A stretch of 51,022 nucleotides of DNA. Source: an uncultured Muribaculaceae bacterium. Lineage in GTDB: Bacteria; Bacillota_I; Bacilli_A; RF39; UBA660. The notes below the pieces were generated by a model. The model saw nothing but the letters and a program-made list of their open reading frames with translations, did no database searches and was not told the origin of the DNA. Positions 47,290 to 51,022 of the stretch are shown here, in pieces. The stretch lies in the NCBI GenBank assembly GCA_964454255.1, contig CAYVSY010000001.1:1-51022 (forward strand). The letters run 5' to 3'. A program made the translations under genes and the position numbers. Each line of letters begins with the position of its first letter. Position 1 is the stretch's first letter.

Positions 47290-48477
47290 TTATATCATAT
47301 ATTTTTTCTTTTTAACATAATTTTTAAATTTTAAAATACTTAATAATAAGATACATACTGTAGCAATTGCAATAATATAAATATTATCTATTTTAGTATC
47401 AATTTTTAATTCATTTATTACTTTATTAGGTGCTGTTTTATTTAATATTGGAACATTATCATTATTAGTTATTTCTGGGTTTAATTCTAATATTTCTGAT
47501 GTTCTTATTTGATTTGAATTTATATCCATTACCTCTGGTAACTCCAATTGATTTAAATTATTATTTGTTGATTGTTGATCGGTATTTAACATTAAATTTT
47601 TTGTCTCAATTGGTATTGAATTATCTTTTTTTGTGTATTTGTAATAAATTTTATAATTATTTTCATCTTTAATATAATTATCTATATAAGTATAATAATT
47701 ATTATCATAATATACTTTATTAATATTGTAATAATATTGATATTTTGGACGATAACGACATAAGTTTTCTTGATTATATATTTTTATCCATTTGATCTTT
47801 TGAATATCATTAATGTTATCATCATAATTTATTTTGTTTGAATAATCATCTGTTAATAATGAAACAGCAGTTACTTCTATATTATCACGAAAGTGTGATA
47901 AAAATAATTTTTTATTATCAATTGTAAAAAAAGATACCGTTACTATATCAGTAAATGGGTTATTAATTGATGATTCCATTAATATTTTAATACTTTCAGC
48001 ATCATATTCTTCATTAAAGTAATATTCTATTAAACTACTATTATAATATAATGTTGCGTTTGTATATGTTGTATAATAATTATTAATTTCTATGTCATTG
48101 ATAAATATTTTAATATTACTTATATATATTGGATTTCTTGTTACATTAAATTGTATATATTTTATTTTATTTATTTTTTTATATGGATATAATAATTTAT
48201 TTTCTATTTCATAATATGATTCATTTGGGCATTCTTTTATCCATTCGGAAAATTCGCCATATTTTATATTATTTTCTTCTTTTAATTGATAATTATGATT
48301 TTCGTTTGTTAATAAATATTCTCCTACTTTTTCTTCTTTATACCATTTATATTTTATTTCCATTTCTTCATTTAATTTTGGATCATTAATTTTTTCTTCT
48401 TGCCAAGTATTTAAATTGTTAGCATATACGTTATTATTTATTATAAATAATAAAAGTATAAAAATTGTTTTTTTCAT
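47290..48477 (-). CDS. hypothetical N/Y-rich secreted protein with a C-terminal membrane anchor
   Basis: Signal peptide MKKTIFILLLFIINNNVYA. C-terminal TM segment IYIIAIATVCILLLSIL followed by a basic tail. Confidence 0.5.
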   Translation of the reverse strand: MKKTIFILLLFIINNNVYANNLNTWQEEKINDPKLNEEMEIKYKWYKEEKVGEYLLTNENHNYQLKEENNIKYGEFSEWIKECPNESYYEIENKLLYPYKKINKIKYIQFNVTRNPIYISNIKIFINDIEINNYYTTYTNATLYYNSSLIEYYFNEEYDAESIKILMESSINNPFTDIVTVSFFTIDNKKLFLSHFRDNIEVTAVSLLTDDYSNKINYDDNINDIQKIKWIKIYNQENLCRYRPKYQYYYNINKVYYDNNYYTYIDNYIKDENNYKIYYKYTKKDNSIPIETKNLMLNTDQQSTNNNLNQLELPEVMDINSNQIRTSEILELNPEITNNDNVPILNKTAPNKVINELKIDTKIDNIYIIAIATVCILLLSILKFKNYVKKKKYMI

Positions 48478-48561
48478 TTTTTCCTTTCTTATGTGACCTA
48501 CTTATATTATTATTATAATTTGTTTCTATTACTTCTTTATAAAAAAAATAACTAATTATAG

Positions 48562-50871
48562 TTATTTTTTAAATAATTTATTATATATTTCTTCATAATA
48601 ATCAACATAATAAATTTTAATATTATCTTTTATGTAGTTATCTAATTTAAATACATCCGATTTATTTTCAAGTGGTAAATATACTTCTTTTATGTTATTT
48701 GATATAGCCGCAATTAATTTTTCTTTAACGCCACCTATTGGTAATATTTTACCTCTTAAAGTAATTTCACCAGTCATACTTATAGATGATTTAATTTTTA
48801 TATTTTTAATTAAACTTAATATAGCAGTTGTAATAGTTATACCAGCTGATGGTCCATCTTTGGGAATTGCACCTTCTTCAAAATGAATATGATAATTTTT
48901 CGTTTTAAATTCGTTTATATCAATATTAAATGTTTTATAATTACTTTTGATATAACTTAATGCTATTTTTATACTTTCTTTCATAATATCACCCAAAGAA
49001 CCTGTCATTTCAAATTCTCCAGTTCCTGGATATGAAGCGATGCTTATTTTTAATGTTGTGCCTCCGACAGATGTCCATGCTAGTCCATTAATTGTTCCTG
49101 TTTTTTCATTTGTTTCTTTTTGATCCGTTTTATATTTAATTTCTCCTAAATATTCTTTTATTTTTTTATCAGTAAGCATTAATTCGTTGGTATTTTGTAG
49201 GCTTTCCATAATTATTTTTCTAATTATTTTAGTAAAAATTCTTTCTAATTCACGAACACCGGCTTCTTTTGTCCAACCTTTAATTATATTAATAATAATA
49301 TCATCTGAAATAATTATTTTAGTTTTAATATTATATTGTTTGATTAATTTAGGTAATAAATAATTTTTTAAAATATTTACTTTTTCAAATAATGTATAGC
49401 TTGATAATTCTATTATTTCTAATCGATCTTTTAAGGGATCAGGAATAGTATCTAAAGTATTAGCAGTTAATATAAACATAACATTTGATAAATCAACTTC
49501 TTCTTCTATAAAATTATCTACAAATAATGAATTTTGTTCTTTATCCAAAACATCTAATAAAGCACTTGCGGGATCACCACGATAGTCTTTTGTCATTTTA
49601 TCTATTTCGTCTATTAAAAATACGGGATTGTTTGATTCAGCTTTTTTTAAACCTTGAATTATTTTTCCGGGATTAGCTCCAATATATGTTCGTCTATGAC
49701 CTACTATTTCTGCTTCGTCACAAATACCACCAACATTAATTTTAACAAATTTTTTTTGAAGTGCTTCGGCAATAGACATAGCTAATGTTGTTTTACCAAC
49801 ACCGGGTGGACCAACTAAACAAATTATAGGACTTTTAATGTTTTTAGTATGTTTTGAAACAGCAATATGTTCTATAATTCTTGTTTTTATATCTTTTAAA
49901 TCATAGTGATTTTTATCTAATTTATTTTGAATATCTATTAAATCGCTATTATCTAATGTAGTATCGCACCATGGTATATTTAACAACCAATCTATATAAC
50001 TTCTAACAATTGTGATTTCTGGTGATGCTGAAGACATTAATTCATATTTATTTAATTCATTTATTAATCTAGTTTTAATATTATCAGGAGCTATAAGTTC
50101 ATCTATTTTTATTTTTAATTTATTTATATCAGTTTCTTTTAAATCAATATCGCCTAATTCTTCTTTAATTATTTTTATTTTTTCTCTTAAAACATATTCT
50201 TTTTGACTATCTTCTAAACTTTTTTTAAGACTAGATTCGATTGAATTTTCTAATTTTATCGTTTCTAATTCTTTGTTTAAATCTTCTATAATCATTCTAG
50301 TTCTAATCATTGGATTAGGATTTTCAATGTATTTTATTTTTTCTTTATATGAAAGTGGTAATTCATTTGCAATTAAATCACTTAATATACTTATGTTTTT
50401 TATTCCTTCTATGCGACCTAATATACTATTACTCATATAAGGTGATATTTCAATGAAATTATTTATATCTCTAAATAATATTCTTTTTAAAGCTGATGCT
50501 TCAAATTCATCATATTCATAATTATTCGTTGATATTATAAATGCTTCAATATTTTGATGTTCATTATTTTCAATATAATTTAATATTTCTACTCTATCTA
50601 TGCAAATGAATACTAATCTAATAATGCCGTTAGGTAATTCAATTTTAGTTTTAATTTTAGCTAGTATAGCCATTTTAGGTAATTCACTTAATAATGGTTC
50701 TTCTTCCTTCGGATTTTTAAGATTGACCAACAAAATATGATTATCATGATACATTTCGGATAATCCAAGCACCATTTTTTCATTTTCACTGTGTAATTCT
50801 ATTCTTAGTTCGTTATTAGGAAGCCCTACAACATCTTTTAAAAATATGACTGGTAAATTAGTTTTAACCAT
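48562..50871 (-). CDS. lon: ATP-dependent Lon protease (LonA)
   Basis: LON N domain; GPPGVGKTT; FLIDEIDK; protease site PKDGPSAGITI. Confidence 0.97.
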   Translation of the reverse strand: MVKTNLPVIFLKDVVGLPNNELRIELHSENEKMVLGLSEMYHDNHILLVNLKNPKEEEPLLSELPKMAILAKIKTKIELPNGIIRLVFICIDRVEILNYIENNEHQNIEAFIISTNNYEYDEFEASALKRILFRDINNFIEISPYMSNSILGRIEGIKNISILSDLIANELPLSYKEKIKYIENPNPMIRTRMIIEDLNKELETIKLENSIESSLKKSLEDSQKEYVLREKIKIIKEELGDIDLKETDINKLKIKIDELIAPDNIKTRLINELNKYELMSSASPEITIVRSYIDWLLNIPWCDTTLDNSDLIDIQNKLDKNHYDLKDIKTRIIEHIAVSKHTKNIKSPIICLVGPPGVGKTTLAMSIAEALQKKFVKINVGGICDEAEIVGHRRTYIGANPGKIIQGLKKAESNNPVFLIDEIDKMTKDYRGDPASALLDVLDKEQNSLFVDNFIEEEVDLSNVMFILTANTLDTIPDPLKDRLEIIELSSYTLFEKVNILKNYLLPKLIKQYNIKTKIIISDDIIINIIKGWTKEAGVRELERIFTKIIRKIIMESLQNTNELMLTDKKIKEYLGEIKYKTDQKETNEKTGTINGLAWTSVGGTTLKISIASYPGTGEFEMTGSLGDIMKESIKIALSYIKSNYKTFNIDINEFKTKNYHIHFEEGAIPKDGPSAGITITTAILSLIKNIKIKSSISMTGEITLRGKILPIGGVKEKLIAAISNNIKEVYLPLENKSDVFKLDNYIKDNIKIYYVDYYEEIYNKLFKK

Positions 50872-50900
50872 TATTGTTTCACCACCTGTAAAAAATAAGA

Positions 50901-50941
50901 AGTAATTGATTTTAAACTACTAATATTTAAAATCAATCACT
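50901..50941. promoter_or_regulatory. 16-bp inverted repeat with a 9-nt spacer between the lon promoter and RBS
   Basis: AGTAATTGATTTTAAA-CTACTAATA-TTTAAAATCAATCACT (15/16 complementary), just downstream of the minus-strand TTGTATAAT at 50959-50967. Confidence 0.45.
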
Positions 50942-51022
50942 TCCTTTCATGGTTATTTATTATACAATAAAAAAAAAATATATCAAGTAATTTTTGAAAT
51001 ATTTTTTCATTTGTTAATAATT

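Overview
Very AT-rich (about a quarter G+C by eye) chromosomal segment from a Bacillota-type, probably spore-forming bacterium. Sporulation-type genes present are spoIVB, spoIIM and spoVB-like. The standard genetic code applies: TGA ends glyA and Trp is TGG. Most of the window is housekeeping: thyX-glyA-uppP, smc, tgt, nusB-xseA-xseB, mnmA, rarA, tcdA, a T-box-controlled hisS-aspS, dtd-relA-secDF, a T-box-controlled pheST, frr, serS and lon. Local gene order partly mirrors the B. subtilis tgt...secDF-relA-dtd-hisS-aspS-tcdA-rarA region. I did not find an obvious complete novel multi-gene system. The strongest non-obvious signals are as follows. (1) A 28-bp Xer dif-type site at 22037-22064 lies exactly where gene orientation flips from + to -, implying the replication terminus, and a Xer recombinase gene is 1.4 kb away. 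(2) A decayed Cas9 gene with no array lies directly beside dif. (3) ThyX is a tandem fusion with the catalytic motif split between its two halves. (4) A solitary PemK/MazF-like gene and a TtcA-like gene are wedged into the aspS-tcdA junction, followed by a 264-nt relatively GC-rich leader of unknown class. (5) A small junk islet after tRNA-Thr holds a GrpB frameshifted in an A9 run, an IS21 istB stump and a Fic-like protein with His->Gln in the motif. (6) An AbiEii-like nucleotidyltransferase gene sits at the left edge behind a tandem 11-bp repeat. All family calls come from motif recognition by eye; no database search was run.
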